From the NCBI RefSeq assembly GCF_009914755.1, contig NC_060933.1: a stretch of 64,000 nt of DNA; one strand, written 5' to 3'. This document shows positions 27,091 through 40,245 of the stretch, piece by piece. The position numbers and the translations under genes were made by a program. Source of the stretch: the human T2T-CHM13v2.0 reference genome, Homo sapiens. How positions within the stretch are numbered: position 1 is the stretch's first letter; the number at the start of each line of letters is the position of its first letter. Below the pieces are notes generated by a model, which made no database searches, was not told the origin of the DNA, and was given only the letters and a program-made list of their open reading frames with translations.

Positions 27091-30000
27091 TTAGTAAGGG
27101 TATTAAGAGAAACTTTTTCACTCTCCTGGCCTTATGTGTGGATATGGATATGAAAATGACCTGTTTCCTTTAGAAGCATGTACTACTGTCCCAAGTATCA
27201 AATAAAGATATTAACATGCTAATTGACATTAATATTAGTCTAATTAAAATTGAGTATGTATGAATTTATTGATCAAATTAGGTTAAAGTGTATTGGGGTA
27301 ACCTAGGGAGATTTTCCTTAAGTTTCTAAGCAAAAAGATGGTTCACGTAATCATCCTGCTATTTGTAGCACAGTTTTTTTAGGAAAAGCATGCTGAATCT
27401 CAGATTCCTAGGAAAAATAGTACCCAAGTTGTGGTGTCAAAGCAAGGATTAAATGTATTCATACATCTTCAAAGTGCTTTGCAAGCGGCAGAATACTGTA
27501 ACAATTACTACTAATAAAATACTAGTAAGAAAATATGCCTAGACATGGCATTTTCTTTTCAGAAGTAATTTTTGAGCTCCAAATATTTTCCAGATGCATT
27601 TACTTAGTATTTATAGGTTACCCCAAATCATGCTAGGTCCAATGTAGGACACAGAGGTCAGCCTATCCTCTACCCAGAGGATTTACAATCTGCCATGGTG
27701 TCAGCCAAGTTTTGTAATTTTATGCTCAATTAACATCTGGTTAGAACTTGTTCAGTTAACAAAATGCTTCCCTCTGAAGATAAATCATGGGACTCTCTCA
27801 CTGCAGCTTGGAATCTTTCTGATTTGGGATGCTTTGTGAACATAAAGACATTCTTTTTTATTCTAGTTTGCATCATCCAACTGAGTTCCTGCTGCGAAGT
27901 GTCATTATGATGGCAGCTCCCACTGAGAGGAACACCAGTCCCACTCAGTGAATGGGGTGATTGAAGCAGACAGACGTTTCAGAACAGTGCTTTTAAAAAT
28001 GTTCCTTTTACAAAATCCATGAGTGTATTTTCATGTAATTAATATTTGTTTAACCACAATGATTTTCTTACGAAAGTCATCTTTAATGATTATTTGCTTG
28101 CGAGTACCAAAAATAACTTAAACATTGTCATTGTTTTCTCAAGGTATACCTACTCAACACCATTGCACAGCTCATTTTAGTGAAAATAGAAAAGCAAGAC
28201 AAGCAAACATTATTTGGCATTTTATAATCAAAAACAACTGATGGTTTTAGATACCTTTTAACTGGGCTTATTATGGCATCGAAGAAATTATGTTTCTACT
28301 GTTTTTAAATATTAAACAGATGAAATTGATGTAAGACCTGATGCTTTGTTTCAAAGACTGCACACTTGTTATCCTCTCCTGGGTCATGACAAATTTAGGT
28401 AAAGTTTACAATAAGCTGTAAAGGAAGAACTTTTGTGGCCCAATAAATATTCGTTGATCATAATAATAACCAAAATTATTATTTTCAAAACTTGGAGTAA
28501 GGGAAGAAAGAGGTTAACAAAATGTGAAGTATATTAATATAGATCTTATTAATAATTTTTGTTGCCCTTGAGTGCTAAAAAAGGTGATACTGCTAATTTA
28601 AAGAGACGTTTGAACTAATTTTTTTCTTTATTAGCATTGGCAAAATTTGTTCTTTCTGGTCCTTTTTGTTCGTGGAAATATCATGGGATTCATTACTGAG
28701 GCATGTTCTGCCTTTGGTATTAGCTGTTACAGCTGATCTTTTCTGTGAGAATATGTAACCTGTGGTAATAGTCTTTTTTAAAATATACATATTACTTTAG
28801 GAATTTCCCCCCATGATATGATCTTCTTATCATAATGGTTTGTTCTTTTTGATGCCCCATAACTTCTGCATTTTTGTTTATCATGTTTTTGATTATGCTC
28901 AGAAACTTGAACAATGTCAAGAAATGGGGAATTGTGTCATAGGTTTTTGGACATACTCTTTATTCTCTTCCTCTTTTATTACCTCACAAGTCAATGAAAT
29001 TTTCAGAGCTAATAGATGCAACCTTTAAAAAGCATTTATATTAATAGCCTTGAAATACTTCTAAAAGTGAGGTTATGGTTTTCATATTTTCCTGTTTTCT
29101 GCTTTCTGATAAGTTGCCTCAGGTTAGTTCTAGAAGAGGCAAGTATTGCCAACCAAATTGTGTTATTTGCTCCCAAATATATGTATTTTTCCCTCTATCT
29201 GTTGCTTGGCTCCATATGGAGTACAATAAAATGGAGCAGAGAGAGGATAGTAAAAATAAGATTGGGTGTTATCATGACCAGATGGGAAGGGGCAGGGACC
29301 TGGTCTAGTTTGCAAGTACACTTGTCTTCGCTTTGTCACTGTGTTCAGCACTTGCATGTGGCATAAGCGAAGACAGGGTCATCTCAATTCATTGTTAATT
29401 AAATGTTTTGGCTGGAAATCATATCTCCATATGGTGGAATACACCAGTTTGAAGTAAGTGCTTCAAATTTGGCCACAAAAAAACAGCTGCCCACAAACAT
29501 ATGTCCTGACTCACAAACAGTCTCAAAGAATTTCAACTTAATGCAGAATCTTTGCTTTTTTCTGAAGCTCAAAGATAAGCTTAAATACACATCTGCTCAA
29601 ACCATTGCTGATGTGGAACTCAGAGGAAAAATCAACAAATGATAAAAGGCTTCCAGTATAGGTCATGGAGTATATTTGGTTCAAATTCAGAAATATGAAA
29701 GTGATACCACAGCAATACATTTGGTAGCCCTGGATTATAAATATGTATCTCATAAGCCACAACTTTCTAATTTTAAGTTTCTGGTGCTACAGTCAAAACC
29801 GTAAGTCAAAACAGTGCCTTTTAAGAGATACTACTGGAGATGTAAGAAATTTATTAAAAATTCCAGTAAAGCAGAGGATTATGCATGAGTTACAGACCAC
29901 ATTCATTTTTCCCAGTTGTTTTGTGAGGAAGGATTAAAGGCTAATCCCCTATAACAAATCATTAAAACATCACTAATTGGTTAAAGACAACTACTTTGCA

Positions 30001-31792
30001 TTCTGTTGTCGTTTCTTTCCATATGGTATATCCTGGGCATATGGCCTCTGCTTCTGCCCTTTTCCCCCACCACATCACCCAGCTCTGCAAGGTCACCTGG
30101 TACAAGCTTTACCAACAGCCACCATGGCCCCTACTACAACACTGGTATTCACACAGAGGCATAATCCACCTTTGAACATTGACTTCAGCTGGGCTGTACT
30201 TTAATCTTCCCATATAGGAAAGGCCATCTTAAACTACTCCTCAGTCCTACTAGAGCAATAATCTTTTGGGATTATCAGGTATGGGCATCTAGCTACTTCT
30301 CTTTACTTATTTGTATTTTCCACAATTGCTTTTGAACTCTTAACTTTTATATTCACAACTTCAGAATCTATTAAATGTCTCATTACATGCCTATGCTCAT
30401 TTCTATCTTGTTATAAAGGGTAGGGTTTTCCTGCCAATGGTGCAACTCTTTGCTTAGATGATAAAGTTGATATTCAACTTTCATTATATGAAACAATGAT
30501 CTTTCTCTTGTAAATTTCCTAGTAGCAATTTCCTAAAAATATATCCAATTTGGTACATTTTCAGAAATGCAGAGTTATCTTTCTGCTACAATCTCCATTC
30601 ATTATCTTTCTTTCTCAAAAGCAAACAGAAAAGGAAATCCTTGAAAACTTCATTATAAAAGCCACTAAAATATAAGTACAACAAACAATACTGTAAACTC
30701 TTTGAAGGAAATTTGTGCTAAAATTACCAAGGGATGATATGTTTTAAGAATACCCATGGTGTATATATATGTGTGTGTATATATATATATATAATGACCA
30801 ACTTTGGAGTGATTTGAACTGTTAGGCTACAGTTATTTAAGCAGACTCAAGGTCATTATATTTTTGACATTTAGTTATCCCCATTTGCAAGTGAGAAATC
30901 ACAGTTACTAGCATATAGTTAGCTTTACATAATAAACACTCCTCAAAATATTTCAAAGAATTTCAATAAAACACAGAACATAGGCTATATCCATAGCTTA
31001 TTTAAGACTTTTCTTATAAACTTTTATTATGTTGCAAATGCCATGTAACTAAAGCTTTATCAATTACATGGTCCTATCATCTCATTATTTGAAATATTTA
31101 ATTAAGGAATATTTCTATGTCAAGGATTGATTATGGGAGTTTTAATCAGAGGTTAAGCTATTAAAGTGGTTAAACCGATTCATCTACCAGCATGGTTATC
31201 AATAAAACATTTTAGCAATTAATTTTATCAGAGAATTGACAAATATGGGAGGCATGTAAATCAAATATATACTTTGTAAGTAATTTGCAGTTTAACTTAA
31301 GTATGATTTAATAATAACATTGCTAGAATTAACAGGCTTGGGCAGAAGTAAGTTTTTAAAGCTACCCTAAAACATAAGAATCTAATTTCTGATATGTTTC
31401 TAATTTATTATTTAAATTGAATTTTCCACCCTTGAGTTAATTCATTTATAGCTTATTTTGGAACATTTTACTCAGTGCAACCTTCTAAAAAGAATGTTTA
31501 CCATGATTTTCTCTTCTTTTTTTGCCAGAAATGAATATTAAAATATGTCAGAATATGAAATGTTATATAATTTGATGGAAAATTTGAGCCATATTCAAAA
31601 ATGGAATATAACAGATATACAGATTTCTTATCTATATAGTTTTAACAAATGCATTTTTTACTTACAGTATAAGACAATTTATTTTTATCATTTATATGAG
31701 GATAACCACAAATAATTCACAGTTGATTATGGTCAAGCCTATTTATCTACTCTTAAATTTTAACCAATATATTTTACTCAATTTCTTTTTAG

Positions 31793-32005
31793 GACATTTT
31801 TCTTCTTACCATGAATGTAGTATTTTTGAAAGCTGCCAGACTGATAGCTCTGTTGAATGAAAGCCTCTATTTAACCACAGATGAGCTACGATATGGGACG
31901 CAGCAATGCATAATCATCAAATTTCTGTACTGGAGGAGGCATATTTGCTTCTCTACACATGTGATGTGGGCATATCCAATTATAACCACTGAAAATTACA
32001 CAGCT
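31793..32005 (+). other. Candidate exon (213 nt, phase 0/0, open reading frame)
   Basis: Acceptor 'actcaatttctttttag', donor 'GCT|gtaagg', 71 stop-free codons; peptide not recognised. Confidence 0.25.
31810..32003 (-). other. Candidate antisense non-coding exon (194 nt)
   Basis: Minus-strand acceptor 'ttttctccttacag' and donor 'ATG|gtaaga'; stops in all three frames. Confidence 0.25.
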
Positions 32006-32105
32006 GTAAGGAGAAAACTGACTTATTAAAATATTGCACACACCGGTCACTATTGGTTACCCAGGTTAGGATCCAAGGGCAGGACAATGGAAACAGGAAC
32101 CCTAA

Positions 32106-32425
<320 letters not shown>

Positions 32426-33269
32426 AGTTGTTTTGTACTTTCTACGTGGCAGCTAAATTACTCATATCACTGTTTTGGGTTTCTTGACAATATTCATCTA
32501 GGGCTGAAATTCAAGCACTACAACAAGCAACATTTTAAACATGGCCAATCTATCGTATTATTGACAGAGTAAGTTTTCCAGAAAAATTACTGAAATTAAG
32601 AATTAATCTCCTTTCCTAAATGCAATTTCCATGTATTTTTTAAAGTTGGATGAGCAAGAAATCACTTATTTGTTGTAAACGTGGATTCCAGTTGAGTTAT
32701 TCATGAGGCAAGTGCAGTAATATCTGTTAGATTCAGTATCTACTAAAGGTATTGAAAGACCATCTGAACAAACAAAGCAGGTCCCCATTCCTAACTTTAA
32801 CATGCAAACCAGTCAGCTCTCACGTATTAAGGGCCTCATGTAGACCGTGGACTGTACTTCGTGACATAATCTTCCTGCATTCAGAGAGCAATGGATTAAC
32901 ACAACTAACCAAAAATCCAAATTAGATTGCATAGTGTGATATACAATGCACCTACGTATCCATCTATAGCATGATCTCTGCATATGTTTGTTTGCGGTTG
33001 CGCAGAATGGAAAGTTCCTGATAGAAAAGCTCAGGAAAAGTTGTAAGAAGGAAGTTGTATTCACGAACTGCTTGAAAAGACAGTTGAATTTTAACAGCTA
33101 TTTCTAGGTGATAGTAAACACACATTTTGGGGAGTCATTTTCTACCACTCATTAAGATATGGGTGATTTTGTTTTTGTGCCTGAAATAGAGCTGTATGAA
33201 CAGACTATTTCAACAGAAAATTGAGTTATAAACTACTGGCATCTCTGGAATTATGACCCTTCTATTACC

Positions 33270-33563
33270 CGTGTCAAAACTCATTGAGTCGTACATCTAA
33301 GATTTGCATATTGCATTGAATATTAATTTTAACTGAAAAGATAAGTAAAGAAGTATTGAACCTGCTGAAGTATTTGGGAGCAGGAGGAGGTATACCAATG
33401 TCTGAAACTTTGAAATGCATAGAAAATAAGGTGGATGGTTAGATAGATGTGTATATAAAGCAAGTATGCTAAAATGTTAATTGTAGGATCTAGATGATGG
33501 GCATATTACCCATAAAATTGTTATTTCAACTTTTCTCTTTTTGATAATTTTCATAAAATGTTG
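33270..33563 (+). mobile_element. L1ME/L1MC 3'UTR fragment
   Basis: 'gtcaaaactcattga...ctttgaaatgcat...aaaatgttaattgtaggatctag...aattttcataaaatgttg'. Confidence 0.7.
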
Positions 33564-33599
33564 CAACTGAGTTACCTTTAAATATTTGCACATGGTATC

Positions 33600-33690
33600 C
33601 CAGTAGCTTGGTCTAGCTAGGGTCTAGAAAACAGTATTTTTTTTTAAGCCCCCATCGAATCACACATAAACTCAGGTTTTAGAACCATGA
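33600..33690. mobile_element. MER5A-like fragment
   Basis: 'gtattttttttaagccccc...ggttttagaacca'. Confidence 0.45.
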
Positions 33691-33953
33691 TCATAAGATG
33701 TATTTCAACTTTTAAAAGTTCTTAACCATTTTTAATCTTCATACCGAATTTTAATAGTGCCAAATTTAATATATCTTTCACTTAGTATTGTCCCATAACC
33801 CCAAAAGTCAGTGCTAAAACAGAATAAACCCTTCTTAGTTCTCTATTTTTATACTAAATGAAATCTAATACATATATTTATATCTTTGTATGTTTGTAGG
33901 CTTCCCTGAGTAACTACTTTTCTACATGATGTAGCCTCAAAATATTTCCTCAA

Positions 33954-34163
33954 AGGTCAGGAGTTTGAGATCAGCTTGGTCAACATGGTGAAACCCCGTC
34001 TCTACTAAAAATACAAAAAGTTAACTGGGCATGGTAGCATGCATCTGTAGGGGCTGAGGCAGGAGGATCACTTACTTGAACCTGGGAGGAGGAGTTTGCA
34101 GTAAGCTGAGATCTTGCCACTGCACTCCATCCTGGGTGACAGAGTAAGTCTCTGTTTCACAAA
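33954..34163 (+). mobile_element. 5'-truncated AluS with internal deletion; TSD aaaatatttcctc
   Basis: Starts at 'aggtcaggagtttgag'; direct repeats at 33939-33951 and 34163-34175. Confidence 0.9.
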
Positions 34164-34899
34164 AAATATTTCCTCGAAGACTTTTTTTTTAATATAAGAG
34201 AATGTAAAGATTTTTTTCTTTTTGATTTTCATTAGAAACTAAATGAAAACCTTACTGAAAAGTTTATTTTCAAAGTAGATCTCCTAAACAAAACTTGTGT
34301 TTCTCAGCAATTCATTTTGGCAAGACTTTTAAAAAATTTAATAAATTCTTTTGGGCAATATTTGACCTCCTCTAAGCCACGACACTCAACCTTAGGTCCA
34401 CATTTAAGTAAAAATGATAAAAAATCAATGTAGGAAAATAACAAAGCATTTCAGAAAAACAAACAAAAGACAAGCTTTTAATCCTAATGGCCAAATGTGA
34501 AACAGAGTTGGAACAGGGAGACGTCTGGTGGGATCGGGCTAATGTAAAGAGGGTTGGGACCTAGGTGAGCCCCTCTTGCTCCAGTCCTGGTAGCAGCATT
34601 GACTAGAGTGGCCGTTCAGTGCTCCCCAACTCTGCAGTGGGACCCACTGAAGAAGCAACAGTCGTAGAGGTAGGGCTGCATAGTCTCTGTGAATACTGAA
34701 TACTTTGCTGTCAGGAACTCTCAGAGGTCTCTGCAGTGAAACTAGGGATTTGTCAACATATGTGAACGTTTAGTTTACTGTCAAGGGGTGAAATGTTTAT
34801 TAATAATTTTTTATTATTATTGTAATTCTGGTGCATAGATTGACATTACCCCTCAATTATATGAAGCCACCACCATCGATCTACATAAACCTATCTTCA

Positions 34900-37330
34900 T
34901 AAAAAATTTTATTATTCCAATTCATTTCTCAAACTTTTCGTGTTCTTTTTGTTTTGCATCTACTCTGCCCTTCCTATATATAACTCAAATGTATTTACTA
35001 GAGCAGCTGCATATACATATAGCTTTGAAAAAATACATAGTGTTTTTTGTGTGTATCAATTGATCACATTTTATGTTAGGTATAATTGTATTATTTTTCA
35101 TACTCAACCACTTTTTGCTCTATATCATACCATAACCTTTAATCCTCACGCAGTATTCTTTCCTAGACATCTTCCCTAGAGATGAACAATCTGGTCATTT
35201 CCAAGTTATTGAAACCAGATTCCTTTATGGACCTATATGAGAGCCTCCCCATTATTCTAGTAATTTATTGGAATTTCATTGAATTTATAGATTAGTTTGG
35301 AGATAATTGACAGTTTTCCAATGTTAAGTTTCTTGTCTGTGAACTAGAGCTGGTAATCAATTTGATTTTCTTTCTATGCCCTTTAGTGGGGTTTCTGGGT
35401 AATATGCAGTTTATAGAATTTTCATAAATGTATTCAATGTTATAAGCTTCCTTTCAAGAAATGCTTTGACTACCCCCATACGAAAGATGATTTCTCTTTT
35501 AAGGCAAGAGCTATTTAATATACATTTTAGTTTCTATATACATAGATTTTTTTATAGTTGTATTTTTGTTGTCAATTTACAATTACATAGTAGTGTAGAA
35601 AAAAACAGAGTCTCTACAATGCTGAATCTTTGGAGTGTTTTCTTTCATACTTTCTCTGAGAATTATTCTGTTAATGACTTTGTGAAGGTAGGTGCTAGAA
35701 AATAATGTGTATTTTCTCTGAGGTGTAAGGAAATTATCTCTCACTGAGATTGTATATTTGGGTAACTATTAAATATAAATTTCATTATAAAACTTTTCTG
35801 TTGATGTCTTATAAATTTTTTGTTAATTTTTCTGCTTTCATCTCTATTTTGCCAATGTAAAATTCCACTCTTGTTTTACATGAGCTTGTTATTTCCAGTA
35901 CATATTTTTCATCCTCTATTTTCAATCTTTCTGCATTTCCTTGATTTAAATTTTTCTCCTGTAGGCAAATTATTCCTCAATATTTTTATCTAATGTATGG
36001 GCCTTCTTTATTGATGAGTTAAATTAATATAGATTTATTGTCACTACTTTTATATTAGAGCTTATTTCTCCTATCTTATGTATCTTTTTTAATATCAATT
36101 TTTATTTCTACTCATTTTCTATTTGCTTGCACTGAATGCTATTTTGCTGGTCTAACAACTGTGTTACATTTATATTCTGTCATTAATTATGCCTCTAATA
36201 ATAGGACTCATGTTATGTTTACTTCCTTCTCTCAGTTTTTAAAACTTATTAAAATATATGCCTTTCTTTAAAATTAGAGACTGCCTTGGTCTGTTTTGGT
36301 CTCACTCTAGTCTTTCCCTCTCATGTGGAGTTTTAGTTTTGAACTTTTGTGGATGTGCTATTTTACATAACTTTTAGTCATTGCTTATTTATATAATCAT
36401 ATATTTACTATTTTTTTCCCAATGAAACATTCTATAAAGAAGTAACCTCAAAGATTTATGCCACCTTTTGTGGGTGCAGTTCTTCCGAAAGTGCTTTAAA
36501 GAGGAAAGTTGTTATTTCAAAATAATTTTATTATTCATAATCATACAAATATATATTTGATGATATATTTATTTCACTTTTCCTTTAACTAATAGTGTAA
36601 TTGGGAATGTAATTGTGGGCTTAAAGTTCTTTTTTTTTTAAATTGCCAGATGTTTGCAAATATTATTTCATGCCTTTTTCCATCTACGATGTGCTTTTTG
36701 TATGTAAAATGTTTATCCTTCCTGGATATAGAGTTTTCTACTTGTATTTGATATTTTTAAAATTTTACTGAACTATGTTTACCTGTGTGTTTGTGTATGT
36801 GTTTTAACTTGTCCTATTGGCACTTATAAACTCTTTTTAATCGAGATCTTACAACTTTCTTTAATTCTGAAAAATTCTCTGCCATTATTTTACATTTTAA
36901 GATGTTTTTATAAGGAAGTTTTGAAATCTTATTCCCTTCTTCCACTTCTTCTGGGAGGTCATTTAAATCGGTATAACAATAGCTATTTCATCTCTATTTA
37001 TCTTTTTCTTTCTCATTCATTTCTTCTATCTCTTTCCCATGTGTTTGGAATAATTTTTTTTTCCTACGATTTGTTACTAAATAGTGCATTTTCTAATTGG
37101 AAACATTCTTCTATTCTGTACCTCAACTGACTTTGTTATTTCAACAATTACATATATTTTTCATATTCAGCAGTTCCAGTTGATTCTTTTCTTTAAAACA
37201 TATAACTTCTTTTTTTTTTTGGTTTATATTTTCAATAACTTCTCTCATCTCTGTAAAAGTTATTGGTGATTGTCACCTCTCATCTGGCTTGTTTCCATCT
37301 GGACTCCTGGTTTCTATCTATTTCTCCTAC
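34900..37330 (-). mobile_element. Highly diverged L1ME/HAL1-like fragments
   Basis: T-rich antisense L1 motifs, e.g. 'ttattggaatttcattgaatttatagattagtttggagataattgaca' and 'aattctgaaaaattctctgccattatt'. Confidence 0.6.
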
Positions 37331-37336
37331 AGCCTA

Positions 37337-37897
37337 TGTATTAGTCAGGGTTCTCCAGAGGGACAGAACTAATAGGATATGTGTATATATGAAAGAGAGT
37401 TTATTAGGCAGAATTGGCTCACACAATCTCAAGGCAAAGTCCCATGATAGGCCTTCTGCAAGCTGGGGAAGAAAGAAGCCAATAGTGGGTCAGTCCAAGC
37501 CCAAAAGCCTCGAAAGCAGGGAAGCCAACAGTGTAGCCTTCAGTCTGTGGCTGAAGGCCCAACAGCCCTGTCAAAACACTGATGTAAGTCCAAGAGTCCA
37601 AAGGCCAAAGAACCTGGAGTCTGATATCCAAGGGCATGAAGAATGGAAGGAAGCATCCAGCATCAGAGAATGATTAAAGCCAGAAGATTCAGCAAGCCAG
37701 CTTAGCCCACACTCTTCCACCTGCTTTGTTCTAGCAGCCCACCCAGATTGAGTGTAGGTCTTCCTCTCTCAGTCCACTGACTCAAATGTCAGTCTCCTCT
37801 GGCAACACCCTCACAGACACACCCAAGCCTCATACTTTACCAGCTATCTAGACATCCTTCCATCTAATCAAGCTGACACCTAATATTAACCATCACA
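37337..37897 (-). mobile_element. MLT2A2 (HERV-L) solo LTR
   Basis: 'tgtattagtcagggttctccagagggacagaac' ... 'tgacacctaatattaaccatcaca'. Confidence 0.92.
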
Positions 37898-38494
37898 GTA
37901 ATTACGTTTAAATTACATTATGAGTCTACCTCATTCACTAGTTCTGTTTTTTTTTTTTTCTGGTGTAGACTCTTCAGCTTATTTTTCTTTCATAATGATT
38001 GAATTTCTTTGATGTTTCATTATACAAATATATCACACACACAGAGGCTCATATGCCATTGGGAATTTTAGTTATCAGGTATTTTTATTTTGTTTTCATT
38101 ATCAGTTATCATCAGTTATAATTACCGTGGCCTCTGCTATTTATTTGGGGCCAGGCAAAAACCCAATACTTTACCAGCTATCTAGACGTCCTTCCATTCA
38201 ATCAAGTTGACACCTAATATTAACCATCGCAGTAATTATTATGTTTAAGTTACATTATTAGTCTACCTCATTCATTAGTTCTGTTTTTTTTCTGGTATAG
38301 ATGCTTTAGCTTATTTTTCTTTCATAATGATTGAATTTCATTGATGGTTCGTTATACAAATATATCACACACACAGAGGCTCATATACCATTGGGAATTT
38401 CACTTATCATATATTTTTATTTTTTATTCATTATCAATTATCAGTTATAATTATCCTGGCCTCTGCTGTTTATTTGGGGCCAGGCAAAAACCCA
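37832..38494 (+). repeat. Tandem duplication, two ~330-bp copies (37832-38165, 38166-38494)
   Basis: Both copies run 'atactttaccagctatctagac...ttatttggggccaggcaaaaaccca'; about 90% identical by eye. Confidence 0.95.
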
Positions 38495-39334
38495 GGATTC
38501 TCACATACTCTTGCAGGTAACTTTAGGGAGCAGATTGGAGGCGCAGTACAGTAGGTGTAGTTTATGGTATTGCAATCCTGGCTGGTCACTTTATCCTGCT
38601 CCATTTACCCACTATTCCTACTCTGTAACCTAACCTGGAGATATTTTCCTCCAGGAAATGGAGTTTATGAAATGGGATTTGCATATCCAGGGCACCAAAA
38701 GCCTGCTTTTTATATATGTATTATTATTATTTTTAATCTGAGCTACTCTTTAGACATCTCCTAATCTTACTATTTTGTTATCAGCTGATTCTGGATGGCT
38801 TTGTTGTTTCTTGACCTTCTACATCAACAGGATAGACGATTATTATCCCAAGGTCAATAAAGGAAAAGAAAAGGGCACAGCTAGAATAACTTCTCCCACA
38901 AAGTCCCTGCTTATGATGTCTTGCTATTTTTGTTTCTGGGCTGATAATACCATCTACCTAGAGACCCAATCATCTTGTGTCTTTGTGAATGTTTCTACTA
39001 GACTTTGTATTTAGTTCTGAAAAAAAATTAAGACTCCCTTTTACCTTTTGTTTCATAACCAAATTTGACTCAGAAATCTTATTTGATATTCAGAGATTTT
39101 TAAGATTTTGGGGGCTTTAATGTTTGCATGCTTTCCATCATTATTTTTTCTGGTTTGTCATTTATTTCTTTGTTTATACAAATAGATACTGAAACCCAAG
39201 ATTATATTAAATCAGGTTATAACAAGATTTTTAAAATAGTTGATATTTTAAAGGTCATTCACGATTAAACTTCTTCCTGTCATGGCAGTAAGAATACTTA
39301 CAAAGTACAACATGTAACTCGGATGGCTAAAATG

Positions 39335-39830
39335 AAAATTGTTGATTGGAGGTATTGAAAAGTTGCAGCTGGGATTTGAACAAATAAAGTATTGGTAGGA
39401 TCCCCAGAAGTAGAAACAGTAGAAAGCCATTGCCAATTCAATGGTCAAAGAGACAAGGGAGGAAAGACATTACTGGAGCTCAGTGAGAATTGGAAACGTG
39501 GAGGAGCCAATTCTAGGGGGAAGGAATCCATAGCTCCTTTGCCCTAGATGGAGGGGCCATCTAGGGGGACGCTACAGTCATGGAGGGACAGAGCTTCTAC
39601 CAGAACATCTCCATGGAATTAGGAAGGGAGTGAGGAAGTAATGCACCTTTATTCTCTCCTCCCACCCTCGTGTCCTGCCAGTGCCAACCCTTGGTTGAAC
39701 CCAAATAGAAGCCAAAATAGTAAGGAGGTAAGAAGAAGCAGGCCAAAGAGGTAGCTTTCTGGGGAACAGGACAGGTCAGATAAGGTTGACTAATAGACAT
39801 GAGAAGAGAATAAATTGAGTATTACCAGAA
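39335..39830 (-). mobile_element. LTR33-like ERVL LTR
   Basis: 'ctctcctcccaccctcgtgtcctgccagtgcc...ttggttgaacccaaatagaagcca' resembles LTR33. Confidence 0.65.
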
Positions 39831-39859
39831 TTCTAGCCTTTCTGTGCTTACCTTCTATC

Positions 39860-40245
39860 TTGGTGTTTTATAATACTCAATTAGACGATTCTGGTAACTT
39901 TGTCACAAATGTTCTATTCCCCCTTTTTCCCTGAAAATTTTCATTTATCCTACAGTGCTCCTCACTAACATCCGCGCCTCTGTGAAAATCTTCTTTATCT
40001 CATTCCTCTGAGTTTGGTAATTTGCCTACTGTTTGCACATAGCACTTACTATTTACTTTCATTACAACAATTTTCACATTTCATCTTAATTGATTAGTGG
40101 CTTTTCATTCTTTTTCTCATCTCTTCCAGAACAGAAATTGTCTTGTCATTCTGTGTCCCTTGGGACTCCTATTATTACTGGCAGATGGTAAGTGCCCAGA
40201 AAAAAATTCACAAGTGAATAAAAGGGAGAATGAATGAGTATGAGA
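39860..40245 (+). mobile_element. L2 3' fragment
   Basis: L2-like body and tail 'ggtaagtgccc...gtgaataaa...gaatgaatga'. Confidence 0.55.

Noticed and set aside
27919-27957. cactgag/ctcagtg stem-loop and nearby acceptor at 27856
   Set aside because: 7-bp stem only, no convincing donor, and stops in all frames
37263-37673. 136-aa ORF
   Set aside because: Mostly within the MLT2A2 LTR
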